The notes under the pieces were generated by a model. It was not told where the DNA came from and ran no database searches. It saw nothing but the letters and a program-made list of their open reading frames with translations. A stretch of 63,413 nucleotides of DNA, counting the filler, from Reticulomyxa filosa (lineage: Eukaryota; Protista; Foraminifera): the NCBI GenBank assembly GCA_000512085.1. It is 15 parts of 15 records of this genome, joined end to end, with 100 filler letters (N's around TTAATTAATTAA, not from the genome) between each part and the next. Parts side by side here need not be neighbours in the genome. Positions count along the whole stretch, not along the records: positions 49,821 to 51,391 come from ASPP01017765.1; positions 51,492 to 58,145 come from ASPP01020053.1; positions 58,246 to 59,621 come from ASPP01029265.1; positions 59,722 to 60,785 come from ASPP01011735.1; positions 60,886 to 62,003 come from ASPP01018116.1; positions 62,104 to 63,413 come from ASPP01039294.1; 9 more parts are not named here. One strand, written 5' to 3'. The translations under genes and the position numbers were made by a program. This document shows positions 51,101 to 63,413 of the stretch, piece after piece (position 1 is the stretch's first letter; each line of letters starts with the position of its first letter).

Positions 51101-51558
51101 ATGACTTTCGATTATAGCAAGTACGAAGATGATGTTTGCCTTAAATGACATAGTGTGGTTGCATCAGTAGTAGTCTTATGATGTAGCGGGGACGATTTCG
51201 GTTGATGCGTTATATGTTTTTGACTTGATTTTGTGTAGTACAATGGGCCGTACCATCCCTCAATGTTCGTGTTATGATCGTGGAAATACGCAGAGTATTT
51301 ACCTTCAAAAAGTATTTTATTTAATTGCTCCGCAACCGCTGTACGTTGATCTCTCAAGTACCGCATTTTTTTTTTGTCACAAGCATTATATNNNNNNNNN
51401 NNNNNNNNNNNNNNNNNNNNNNNNNNNNNNNNNNNTTAATTAATTAANNNNNNNNNNNNNNNNNNNNNNNNNNNNNNNNNNNNNNNNNNNNACAACAACA
51501 ACAACAATTATTAAACTTATCAATACCATCTGATTGGTATATTTCTGATTGGATCGCA

Positions 51559-53067
51559 TTGCGACGACAAGTATTGCTATTGACACAATCATTACCACAA
51601 CACTATACCTTCGAACCTCCGGCCGTGCATGAATTTTTGCACGTGCTCGGCATGTCGATCGACTGGTCCAGCGAGTGGCTGCACCACGTGCCCTACTTCC
51701 TCGTGCACATCAGCAAGGCTGCTGGATCGACGATCTGCGAAACCTTGCAAAAGCTCGGCATCGACACCCCTTCGGACAATTGCAACTTCAAGCCCCACGG
51801 GGTACCCATTGGCGTGCAAAAGGACCCTGGCAGCATCACCTGTAATCAAATGCGTAGAGAAGCATTCTCCAAAGTGTTCTTCGCCAACGAGGCACCCTTG
51901 TCCGGACATGTAGTAAATGAAAAGATGGACGATCGTCCTTCTGCTCCTTCCAATCGCAAGCATGGACATGTCTTGAGTCATCATCCTCATATGTTCGATA
52001 TGGACAATTTCAAGATGATCCAAGGACTCCCCTATCTATGTCCCGAGTTCCAATATATCCTCCCATTGCGTCAGCCCTTGGAACGCATCTTCAGCTGGCT
52101 TCGCCAAATGAATCTGCGACTGACCTTTCCTTATGCGTTCTTGGTCCATCGTGAAGGCAATTGGACCCAATATCACGACAAGGAATGCCAAGATAATACC
52201 ATCCATTTTACGTATCCCAACTCGTTGAATGTGTCACGCACTTTCACGCGAATGACGTATGCGAAAGATATGAAAGGGTTCATTTCTGAACTGTTCTATC
52301 CGTATACCAATGCCACTGTGTACGTTCAAAAGATTAGCGGCCTATACAAACTCACGCATTTCGATAATGGCAATAACAATGACAATCGTTATGATCGCTG
52401 CGATACCTGGCATTTGACTCGCTATGTTGATAACATTTGGCTTTATCCATTCAAAGAAACCGTCTTCAACAGTCGATTTTTATGGAAGTCAATGGAGTCC
52501 ACGCATCCTCGTATGAATCTTCATCACATTCGTGGCTATTGCAACAACATTTACACACGCTGGCTTGGCTTTGAACACTCCACCGATGATATCATCTTCG
52601 ATACTATCCTCAGTGATGCAAACGATGAGTATGATTTACAAATGTATCGCAATGCTATCCACACTCTTCTCAAGGTCAATCATGTCCTCCCTTTTGGCAA
52701 GGAAACCAAAGGCGTTGGACATCCCATTTGGGATGTTCTTTTACAATGGATCCGGATTTTTGCTCAGACCACCTATCGACATACTCACTCGTCTGACGAA
52801 CATCGCACAACCAAAATGAAATTGTTTCGAAATCCTTATCTCACCAACTCTTCCAAAGTCATCAAGTGGCTCCATTCCAGAGACTCCAGTGATGACACCA
52901 CCTTCAGCACTGATGAAATTATGAAGTACGTCACTTCTGACGAGTGGGCGCTCTTGAAAAGATTCAATTATTTCGATATGAAGCTGTATCACTTGAGCAA
53001 ACGAATTGCTGATATCGATGTTTTCTTTTATGAATATGTTGGCCTCATTTCTTTGGCTTTTCATTAA
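51559..53067 (+). CDS. Golgi-type sulfotransferase (Sulfotransfer_2/Gal-3-O-ST-like), 5' end uncertain
   Basis: 5'-PSB FLVHISKAAGSTI, 3'-PB LRQPLERIFS, C-terminal NYFDMKLY. Confidence 0.8.
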   Translation: MRRQVLLLTQSLPQHYTFEPPAVHEFLHVLGMSIDWSSEWLHHVPYFLVHISKAAGSTICETLQKLGIDTPSDNCNFKPHGVPIGVQKDPGSITCNQMRREAFSKVFFANEAPLSGHVVNEKMDDRPSAPSNRKHGHVLSHHPHMFDMDNFKMIQGLPYLCPEFQYILPLRQPLERIFSWLRQMNLRLTFPYAFLVHREGNWTQYHDKECQDNTIHFTYPNSLNVSRTFTRMTYAKDMKGFISELFYPYTNATVYVQKISGLYKLTHFDNGNNNDNRYDRCDTWHLTRYVDNIWLYPFKETVFNSRFLWKSMESTHPRMNLHHIRGYCNNIYTRWLGFEHSTDDIIFDTILSDANDEYDLQMYRNAIHTLLKVNHVLPFGKETKGVGHPIWDVLLQWIRIFAQTTYRHTHSSDEHRTTKMKLFRNPYLTNSSKVIKWLHSRDSSDDTTFSTDEIMKYVTSDEWALLKRFNYFDMKLYHLSKRIADIDVFFYEYVGLISLAFH

Positions 53068-54305
53068 CTAAGTTTTTTTTTTTTCTTTTTTTTAAACACA
53101 ATTAACTAATAAATACAAAAAAATTGTAAACACAAATTATTTGTTTATTTATCAAAAACAACGTGACTGCTACAATTATAATGTCAACAAACAAAGCTTG
53201 TTTTTTTTTACAACTTTAATTCTCTTTTGAGATTGCTTCTTTTTCACAAAACGTTTCGTCTTTATGGAAGGCATGCACTCTAAAGACAGCCAAAACAAGT
53301 AAAGACAAAAAAAAAAACAAGTATGGAAGTTCAATAAATAATTTCCAAAAACCTCATTAAAATAATGCACTTTCAGCTCCAAGTAAATTCTAAAAAAAAA
53401 TTACAGCAGTACATTGAATGAATAATATTTTTTAAATGTTTTGGAAAGGCGTTCAACAACTGACCAAGATAACAAAAAATTTGCAACAGCATACAAGAAA
53501 TTCCAAGAGGAGAATTTACGTTTTTTAGGGTTTTTTGTTCAAAAAGAAGCGCATTTGGAAATATATCCAGAGAAAAGGATAATGTCAGGTATGAAGCTTT
53601 TCAAGTTTTTATTTTTTATTCTAAGTTGCCCTACCAAGAAATGTGTATTATTTTACTATATTAGGAGGCGAAATTCAGTTGAACGAACAAACTTTGGAAA
53701 AATCAGAAGTTTCTGAGCAATCAGGTAGCTTGAACAATCTTGAAAAAAAAAAAGGAATTTGTAATTTACAACAAAACAAACAAAATGAAATAAAAAAATA
53801 GGAATAGTCAACACACAACTGGCTGATTGTTTTCAGCCATGCAGCCTTGGCCTCCGTCATGTGATGCAAATGATGGAAAGGTACATTTTAGCGAAGCTCC
53901 CTCATCCACTATTATTTTATGTGATGTGACTTTTATCCCCTCTCAATAAAAACAACTCTACATTAGGTGTCCATCTTTAACCTTCAATATGATTTTGAAC
54001 AATGGAGGCGAGAATGCGAACTACGACCGTGTGGTATTGCCATTTCAATTTGAAAAAGGTTTTTTATTTATTTATTTATTATTGTAAAAAAAAAAAAAAA
54101 AAAAAAACAAATGTATTGACCAGTATCCAATCATGCAAAACAAATCACTTGGCATATGTGTGATTGCGAAACAGTTGGACTTTGTGGAGGTATGAACTCA
54201 GAATCAGAGAATAAGTACGAAGAAACAGAGCAAAAGATTCCAATGAAATTAACCAATTTGGTGAATGATCTCCCCCTTTTTTTTTTTTTATGACGCACAT
54301 ACGCA

Positions 54306-54339
<34 letters not shown>

Positions 54340-54341
<2 letters not shown>

Positions 54342-55440
54342 AAGAAAAAGATATAAGAATGGTATTGGAAAACTGGGTCCGAGCATTGATTGTCGAATGG
54401 AATTGGGTTGATGATCTCTCTACCATCATTTCACGATATGTTGAGTAATGCATAAAATAAATATATGTACATATATAAACATAGATAAACATATGTACAT
54501 ATTTATATTTATATATTGATATGTTTATATTTATATGATGTGATTGAAATGTTAGATAAAATATTATCGACCATTGAAAGTTTTGCAAGGACACACAGGG
54601 ACGATTCGACATGTAAAGTTTTCTCCAGACGGCAGCACGTTCGTGTCGACATCGAACGACAGAACGATCCGCGTATGGGACGCAACGACGGGCAAAGAGT
54701 TGCAAAAATTGGAAGGACATACGTTTTGGGCGACGAAGGCGCAGTACTCACCCGATGGCAAGACGATAGCGTCATGTTCAGAGGATAAAACGGTACGACT
54801 ATGGGATGTGAAGACAGGCAAAGAAATCAAAACATTGAATGGACATACCGACGGAGTGATCGCAATACAATTCACTTCCGACGGCGAAACACTTGCGTCG
54901 TGCTCGTTCGATGGCACGATTCGAGTGTGGAATGTGCCGACTGGAACGGAAGTCAAACGATTGGAAGGGTATTCGGATATTATTACCAATGTCAAGTTTT
55001 CACATGATGATCAAAAGATTATCTCTTCATCTGCTGAAAATGTCATTCGAATATGGAATGTCAAATCGGGAGAAATGACTTTGGAAATCACGGGACATAC
55101 TGGCTATGTCAATGCTGTTCATTTCTTACCCGATAATGATGTCGTTGTCTCGTGCTCCAGAGACAAAACCATTCGCTCTTGGGATGCCACCACTGGCAAG
55201 GAATTGAAACAAATGGAAGGACACTCGGATGAAATTCGAGATATGCAACTCTCCGTCGATGGCGAAACCATCGTCTCTTGCTCTAGTGATGAAAGTGTTC
55301 GCGTTTGGGATGTCAAGTCTGGAGAGGAAATGCAAAAACTGGAGGGACACACTGCCTGCGTGTCTGGTGTTGACATTTCACCCAATGGCAAGTTCATTGT
55401 TTCATGCTCTTTTGATGATACCATTCGATTGTGGGGTTAA
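54340..55440 (+). CDS. WD40-repeat protein (7 regular repeats); further upstream exons to ~53580 possible
   Basis: GH...WD repeats in 54574-55440, preceded by an exon MVLENWVRALIVEWNWVDDLSTIISRY. Confidence 0.92.
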
Positions 55441-56260
55441 GATAAAAGATTTAAATAAAGATGAAAGCATAAAAGGAGAAATCTGGGGAGAAAAAAAAAA
55501 AAAGTGTCAAAGAGTATTTTTTTGCAATTTACAAAGTATTCAGGTTAAATAAAAGATGTGTTGTTGTTGTTGCTGTTGTTGATTCGAGTATCAAATTGCC
55601 TTGATGAAAAATTTGGTTCGTTTGGGTTTGCCTTCAATACGCTTTTCATTCAATCTGAATAATTTGCTTCTTTTGTTTTTTTCAACGTGCTGTTTTCTTT
55701 TGATCAGTTGAAAATCAAAGCGTGAAAAATGGTAATACTCAGCCACACTACATTTGTTGTTCAATTGAAATTAAAATATATCAAACAAAATGAAATTTCA
55801 AAACCTTCATCTTTTTTCTTTTTTAAAACACACAGAAATATGCAATATTGCACATTAACGACTCTCTAATCATTTAAAAAAAGAAAAGGCCTAAAAACAG
55901 GTTTATTTAACATGTGTCCATTCCATTAATACAATTTATCGAATAATGTTGATGAAGATCGTATCTTGCAATGATATTGTTTCGTTTATAAAAGATGAAA
56001 CAGTTAATGTAAACATTAGCCACAAAATATAATTATTTGATTTTTAGAAGATGCAGCAAATAAATTTTCATCAGGTGAAATATCCATTCCAGAAAAAATC
56101 AGTATGTAAATGAAAAATTAACAATTCTTGTCATATTTTTTTGATATTATAAGTTCAAGATTGTTTTTTTCTCATTAAAATCGGAGTAGGTCTGAATTTT
56201 TTAAAAGGTATTTGATTGAACTGAAACTCCTCTCGCGTCCTTATTTAGATTTTAGTAAGT

Positions 56261-58145
56261 CTAGTTGTTGTAAAAATCAAAACGAACGAGGTTTTTTTCT
56301 AGGACGATATGATAATCAGTGGTGTCACTTATTTCTACGCAGTAAGTCGAGCTATCAGGTTTTCCTTTAACATTTACTCGAACTTCTTTTAGCATTTGAT
56401 ATAAAAAAGTATTTTCATACTTGGAAATAATTGTATCTTTAATGCTTTCGCTAAACAACGAAAGATCATCCACTTTATATCCGCTCGTTGTCGACCATAC
56501 AATTAAAAAACCATCGTCATTGTGCACATCTCCTCCTTCTTTCCCTCTTTTTTTGATGCTTTTAATGGAAAATGGTTTATTACCACGACAAATATCAATG
56601 AAAAATATTTTGGGATAGTCTTTAAACGATGGTAGTCGCTCTCTATCAAAAAATGATCGAATAGTATCAATTGAAATACTCTCTCCCTCACTTGTTACCA
56701 ATGCATTCCCTGCATCCCCATGTCCGCATATTATCAGTATCAATGCATCATAATTACTTAGATTTTTGAGAAGTTTATACATCAAATTTACTAAAAATTC
56801 TTGGACATCTTGTTTGTCCATTTTAGGCTCTTTGCATACAAATTTATAATTCAACTCATCTTTAAATAATTCTCTAAAATGCTTAATATCCTTTTCTTTT
56901 ACATTTGGAAGATTTTCGCATTCTGTATTATATTCACTAATAGCGATCATTACCACTAATGCATTTTTTATTACTTTCTATTTTATATTTTGTTATTGTA
57001 ACCTGACGAAATATTAGAATAAAAGAGCATAGAATTAACGGTGTTTTCGTCATCACTGGAATAGTTGTCAGCAAATGAACCGACTGCATCATAAAAAACA
57101 GAAATATTTTCTTTCGTTAAATCATTTTTCCATCTTTCCTGATCCAATAGCCACATTTTAAAATCCTTCTTTGATCCTTTAAATTTTGTAACAATTTCTT
57201 TTTTGTCTTTTTTATCACTTCTTTTCAGCCATTTTATCCATTTCTTCCTTTCTTTTTTCTGTTCTTCTTTTTCTTTTTCTTTTTCTTCTTTTTCTATTTC
57301 CTCTCCTTCTTCTTCTTTTTCTTTCTCCTTTTCTTCCTCTTCTCCCTCTTCTCTCTCTTCTTTCCTTTTCTTATTTTTTTCTTTTACACTTAATTGTTTC
57401 TTTATTTTCATTTTCTCCTCTTCAGCCAACCATTTTCTTACTTTCGTTTTCAAGTGTGTTGTCGCAGAGTCCCAGTTGGCACTTAGCACACCAATAATAT
57501 GTACATTCTTGCAATCTTTGCTCGACATTGCAACACAACCATCCAATGAAGTGGGCAAAGCATCTTGAAATGTCGTCCATTTTTTTTCTCGAATTGAATA
57601 TTTGTATACTGAGTTTGAAATAGCCTTAACACTCCATCCACCAAAAAACAAGATGATGTCATTGATACGCACATATCCATAATTCCAGAATGGCGCTATA
57701 TCTTTACAAACTTTTTTGGTATAATATCGAAAAGTGTTGTTGGTTTCATCATATCTAATTGATAATCCTGCCTTTTTATGAAACAATAGCATTTTAATAT
57801 TCTTATTTTTTTTATTTCCTTTCATCATTTCTTGTTCATTTTCTGATGTTGATACAAAGCAAGGGGAGTATATCTCATTATCAATTGGCAAAGTATCATG
57901 CTTAATAAATTGAAATGTATTTAAATTAAACACACTAATATTCTTCGGTTGATGGGTGATAAATAGCAAATGAGTATTGCTTCCACCAATCACTGCACGT
58001 ACTCCTTCATAACCATCTTCCTGTCTTCCAAGCTTGACTACTTTTTTCTTGTTGTCGGTAAAGGGAATCCATTGATTGTTTTTTTTAAATTTCTTTGATC
58101 TCTTTATTTCATTGTCATTATTGTCATCATTATCATCATTGTCAT
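56261..58145 (-). CDS. Kelch-repeat / charged linker / peptidase C14 (caspase-fold) fusion, 5'-truncated by contig edge
   Basis: Kelch motifs (AVIGG, LFFGGW..YKYS..KW). A 62-nt phase-0 intron 56978-57039 joins to KVIKNALVVMIAISEY..IICGHG (His 56720-56722)..PKIFFIDICRG (Cys 56588-56590). Confidence 0.88.
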
Positions 58146-58793
58146 NNNNNNNNNNNNNNNNNNNNNNNNNNNNNNNNNNNNNNNNNNNNTTAATTAATTA
58201 ANNNNNNNNNNNNNNNNNNNNNNNNNNNNNNNNNNNNNNNNNNNNGCAACTAGTAAGTGATGTATGTAGCATTATTGTCACAAAGAAATTACAACCACAA
58301 ATGTATAAGATTCAATAACAAGAAAAAATATAAAAATAATTTTGAAATATGATATTTAGCAATATTGTTCGTAGTTTTTAACCTAAATATCACCAATTCT
58401 TAAATAACAACTAAATATGATAACTCTTTTTTGGTGTAGTTACACATTAACTTTTAGAATTTGTACTAAAAATGTAAAGCTAAAAATTTGAATTATTCAC
58501 AAAAATTTTTGTTTTTTAAAAAATACGAAGGTAAAAAATGGAAAATGTAAAGAGAACTTAAAGTTCATTCCAAAAATGATCAATTATTAAAATTATTATT
58601 GATTGTGTGGAAGTATGCTGCCGATGAAATATTACACTAAATGTAATACGAAAGATTAATTAGCTCTTTTGAGCAAGTATCAATGAAAACAAGATTAATC
58701 ATTTCCACACATTTGTTTAACTTTTCTTTATTTACACTGAAACACCAGATTAAAACGAGAAAAGAAAATACTAGTGAGTTAAAAGTGTTAAGA

Positions 58794-59200
58794 AAAGTTT
58801 AATCCACCGGGAGTTCATCAGCTCCTTTAACGATTCTCTATATATAGTAGGAGCTTCTCCTACAATTGTGATGATAAATCTTTTTTTTTAAAATTACTCT
58901 TAAAATATTTTAATCTAATTTGAAAAGCAATAAAGGTTTAGTCTGTTGACAATTATGGTCAGATCAATTTAAGTGTATATTATAAAAACTGGGGTTTCAA
59001 TTGCCAATTCGTTAAGTTTGGCAAAAACATCATTGTGACAACCACAGTCACGACTATTAAATTCACCAAAGATAAGACTGCTCCCACAGTCAAAATTAGA
59101 TAAGCTACATTTAGTATTGCTTTTTTTGCACAATAAAAAAAAATGCAAAATTTCGTAATGACAAATACTTTGAATCATTATTTTCTTGATTGTTTTCGTT
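58794..59200 (-). mobile_element. Internally deleted LINE relic (APE endonuclease fragment plus 3' terminal motif)
   Basis: SSLIFGEFNSR resembles the APE GDFN motif; the shared 3' hairpin motif follows about 100 bp later. Confidence 0.5.
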
Positions 59201-59766
59201 TTCATCTATTGTTTGTTTTTTTTTTACACAAAGGAGTATTTGTCTTATTTTTGCTTGACATGTTTTGATCCAAAAAATTGGAGTACTTCAGAGAGTTTCT
59301 CATCCTTTCAGACCTTTTGGGTCTAGATCTGAAGACCTATTAATATTTCATCATCATTACAAAAAAAAACAAAATCAAAAAGATACTCATACCAGAAGAA
59401 TTTATACTGACGAACAATGACACACTAACAATCTTTAGAAAGAAGAACAAAAAAAACAGAAACACCTTTCGAACTTTCTATCCAAAAAAAAAACAAATTT
59501 CACTATTCTTTGGTATTTTTGTCCCAAAAAACTTGACAATGAAAAAATATCAAAAAAAACATTCAACAGAAAGCAACTTAAAACATCTAATAAATCTTTT
59601 TTATAGTTTGCCAGCTTCGTCNNNNNNNNNNNNNNNNNNNNNNNNNNNNNNNNNNNNNNNNNNNNTTAATTAATTAANNNNNNNNNNNNNNNNNNNNNNN
59701 NNNNNNNNNNNNNNNNNNNNNTTTTTTGGTAATAAAAATTGAAAAAAAAAAAAAAAGACAAAAGGA

Positions 59767-60582
59767 ATGAACAAAGAAATGGAAAAGCAGAAAAAAAAAG
59801 AGAAAGAGAAAGGATATGAAGAGGAGACAGTAAGCAGGATATTGAAGGAAATGGAAGAGAATGGCAAGAGGATGGAGCGACTGAGCATAGAACACAAACG
59901 GAAGGAAGAGGAATGGTTGAGGGAATTGGAGGACAAGCTAATAAAATTGGAGAAAGAAAAAGAAGTGAAAGCGTGGGAGATGGATAAACTGAACGAGTAT
60001 TGGCGCAAGCAAAACGAAGAGATGCAACGACTGAATGAGGAGAAGCAGCATGGAGCAAAGAGAAGGATTTGATGTCGAGCAGATACGAATTCCAAGTGAA
60101 AGAAATGGAGTCGTTGCAACAACAATATTCGCAATGCAAAATGCAGCAACAGCAACGTTTGCAAGCATATTTGAAACGTTACGAAAATGAATTAAAAAAA
60201 AACTTTCATCAAAAGGAAGTGGGCTTGCAGAATGAATTGAATCGTCATAAACAGCAGTTTGCATCAGTGCAAAAAGATATCAAAGCCTTGGAAGAAATGC
60301 TCGACGAAAAGGATGGACATATCAAAGGATTGCAGAAAGCCTTGGAACAATACAAGGTCAAGTTCCAAGACAAACTAAATCACCAACGCAATTGCTATCA
60401 CTACGTACATCACGCCTTGCTCAAATTCTCTTCGTCAGTTCACTTGATAGAACAAGTGTTTCAGCAAATGATGGTCTCGGTTCACACCGCGTCGCCCACC
60501 GTCCCTCCTTTCCTTCTCATCTCCCCACACAGTATAAGCGAATTTGATCATGATGGTCATGCTATCGACATACATGTTCTCC

Positions 60583-60625
<43 letters not shown>

Positions 60626-60656
60626 CGATGATGATGATGACAATAATATAAAATGA
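59767..60656 (+). CDS. Coiled-coil protein fragment
   Basis: E/K-rich heptads; one missing base at ~60048 joins the two ORFs (EEKQ-AWSKEKDLMSSRY). Confidence 0.7.
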
Positions 60657-60704
60657 TAATATAAAATGATAATATAAAATGACAATAATAACAATAATAA
60701 TAAC

Positions 60705-60785
<81 letters not shown>
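60583..60785. repeat. (GAT)n followed by long (AAT)n microsatellite
   Basis: Directly visible; ends the contig. Confidence 0.97.
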
Positions 60786-60885
60786 NNNNNNNNNNNNNNN
60801 NNNNNNNNNNNNNNNNNNNNNNNNNNNNNTTAATTAATTAANNNNNNNNNNNNNNNNNNNNNNNNNNNNNNNNNNNNNNNNNNNN

Positions 60886-61063
60886 ATATGCAACCTCCAC
60901 AGATGATGATTTCATGTTTATATAGCACACATTGAGACAGAACAAATGGAGTGGGTAAATCCTTCAAAACTTGAATGGAAGTCGAAGCAATAAGATATTG
61001 ACTTTGTTCAGTTTTCTCAGCTTGCTTTTTACGAGATTTCTGTGTCGTAGTTCGATTAGTCAT
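60886..61063 (-). CDS. 5' end of a Kelch-repeat protein
   Basis: MTNRTTTQK..LKDLPTPFVLSQCVLYKHEIIICGG; cut by the contig edge. Confidence 0.8.
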
Positions 61064-62819
61064 GCTATTAATGTTCCTGAATCTCTTTAGTATTTTTTTA
61101 AAAGGGGGATATGACCTGACTTTAAAAAAAACAACAAAAAACATATCACAGTGCAATAAATTATTCAAACAAAAGCTCGTTTTTTAAATAAAATAAATTG
61201 GCTCAAAAGTTAAATTGATGTTTTTTCGGTTTTTTTGTAAGGAAGAAAAAGTATTAGACTTACTGCTTGTTATCAGTAACTTGAACAAATATATTCTTTT
61301 ATTTTGTTGGTAGTCAGTTATAAATAAAAAAATTGCACATTATTAACAAGTTGTAGTGGTATGCATCGCATATGATTTGAAAAGGAAGCTGACCACTTTT
61401 AATAAAAATATCTACATTTTATCACAAACAAATGGAATAAAATTTAAAAACAATTTATAAAAAAAACATATCATGATGACTAACATAACATAGACATTAT
61501 CCTTTGATGTGTTGTATTGCAGACACAAGGCATTAATCCCTTTTGTAAAGATGTATCAAACATTATCTCTTACTTAATGTAGGAAAACAATCTTTGTTTT
61601 TAATTATTAGAAGCACAACAGAATACACACTCTCCTTGGGATTTTGTATCTATTCAAAATGATCGATTATGTCATTGTTTTATCAACAACAAAATAGCAT
61701 ACATAAAAATGCATGGTTGTTGATCCAATAAAAGTAACATCTGTATATATAAAAAAAAAATTTGCGTCAATGATTTTATTATTTTTCAAATGCAAAAATT
61801 ATCTTACATGTTACATTTTTTTATTGTAAGCATTTACTTGAATTAATATTGTTCTGTCTTTGTTTTTATGCGTGCATGTCCCGGTAGGGTGTGCGAACAA
61901 ACTTGAAAAGTTCGTTTATATGTTACGTTATGTTAGGAACGCTGTTATATAAACCAACACTTTGTGTGGCACTTGGTATCTTTTCAATCAGTTGCTGACC
62001 CTTNNNNNNNNNNNNNNNNNNNNNNNNNNNNNNNNNNNNNNNNNNNNTTAATTAATTAANNNNNNNNNNNNNNNNNNNNNNNNNNNNNNNNNNNNNNNNN
62101 NNNATAATTCAAAAGTATTCAACATGGAGTTCGCTTCTCGAGGACTCCTTCTCCAATGCACTCTCTGCAAAACTGCAACAGTTACCGAAAAGAAAGAGTC
62201 AGTGTAAACCCAAGACATTCAAAATGACAATACTATTCGAAAAAAAGATGCCGTTATCGCGGCCTAAACAAATGCGTTTTTCTATTGTGGTCTCTCCTGA
62301 CATTAGCAACATTCAGGTTGACACTGTGTATCTATCTTCACAATCAAGCGAGGATACCATTTTTTTGCTATGTTCCGAAAGCGCATAATACATGAAATTG
62401 TTAATAAATAAATCAGATATTCGATCGTAATAAAATTTTTTTATTGTACATTCCATCTGTTTAACGGGGTCATGTTTTTTATCACTTTGTTGTGATCAAA
62501 CAAGCTAAAAATTTACTTCAAAAAATTTTAATACTTTGACTATCATCCTTTAACTCTAAACAACAAAATCAATCTATTGCACTTGCAATTAATTTCAGCA
62601 ATCAGTTTTTTCAAAGATGCAAGTGAAAACTAGAGACGAACCAAATCAATTCATTTACACATTTTCGACTTTTTTTTAAATATTAAAGAAACTTTTTGCA
62701 GAAACTTAATTAGACTAAAGATATCAGGTGAGCTGGAGATTGAGAGTTGAAATTATTATTCCAAAAAAAAATGCACAAACAAATACAATTCAATTCACAC
62801 AAAAAGAAATTTTTTAATC

Positions 62820-63390
62820 AATTTGAGGCAAGTGTCAAATACTTGCGATAAATATCACACCAACTTGACGTTGTTCGAATTTCATTTCACTCTTGCTTGC
62901 TGGAACCACAATCACTGCAACCACTTTCCAATTATTCAATAGACAGGTACCTTTGGAGGTCTGTGTTATATACGTATGTATTAATTATACATATTTCAAT
63001 CACATTATAAGAAAATATTATAACTTGGAATATAGGCTGCGCATATGACACGATAATAATCAGCTCACCACTTTCAATATATCGTGCACCACATTACACG
63101 ATCTAGATCTTCAATTTTTTTTTTCAAATTATATGCTATTCAAAGCGCAATACCATGATCCATATCCGATTCATGCCTTCACTAAAATCGATATTTGTTC
63201 AGCGACAGGCACACGTGTTGTAGTGTGGCTCCATGATTCGTTATATTGGATTTCCATCAGCTGCAACTATCTATATCTATTGCAACTGTTTCTGTTACCA
63301 TTATTGCTGGGAACACACTGCAGCAATGGCAATATAAACAGTGACAACTGTCCATTTTCATTTGCACACTTAAATATCTATTCAAAATTT
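62820..63390 (+). pseudogene. Second copy of the pseudogene family at 4860-5400
   Basis: GCTATTCAAAGCGCAATACCATGATCCATA (~63135) and AAATACTTGC..AACTTGACGTTGTT..ATAGACAG|GTA match the reverse complement of 4860-5360, including an intron position. Confidence 0.8.
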
Positions 63391-63413
63391 CAAGCAACAC
63401 ATATAAAAATATA

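Noticed and set aside
54145-55552. Long antisense and alternative-frame ORFs over the WD40 gene
   Set aside because: Shadow ORFs of a repetitive coding sequence.
18325-62103. Recurring TTAATTAATTAA flanked by Ns as a biological repeat or CRISPR-like array
   Set aside because: Fixed 100-nt artificial contig joiner; it also rules out gene-cluster arguments across contigs.
1-63413. tRNA, rRNA, CRISPR or prokaryotic operons
   Set aside because: None recognisable by eye; a tRNAscan/Infernal run is needed to exclude small RNAs.

Overview
Eukaryotic, AT-rich, intron-containing DNA. It is not one locus: 15 short contigs are joined by 14 artificial 100-nt linkers (N44-TTAATTAATTAA-N44). Gene families (expanded WD40, Kelch, Kelch-caspase, RING/TRAF and CAP-Gly families, many pseudogenes) and intron style point to a foraminiferan, most like Reticulomyxa filosa (inference). 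Apparently functional genes are a BLTP2/Hobbit-like lipid bridge fragment, a PC4-domain protein, a prokaryote-type vWA protein, a chlorophyll b reductase (NOL)-like SDR, a Yhm2-like mitochondrial carrier, a DAG/sphingosine kinase-like fragment, WD40 proteins, a sulfotransferase, a Kelch-paracaspase fusion and an E2-ubiquitin-like fusion ending LRLHGG-C. Contig 1 is mostly pseudogenes: two inverted, complementarily deleted multi-CAP-Gly copies, plus FN3, Tudor/WW and Hsp60 relics. LINE and Tc1 relics are also present. Best candidates for new biology are the E2-Ubl(-Hint?) polyprotein, the NOL-like enzyme in a heterotroph, the Kelch-paracaspase, DNA-level gene amplification with a possible Helitron-like end, and introns with A-rich acceptors plus self-complementary RY repeats. 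All family assignments come from manual motif recognition, not database searches.
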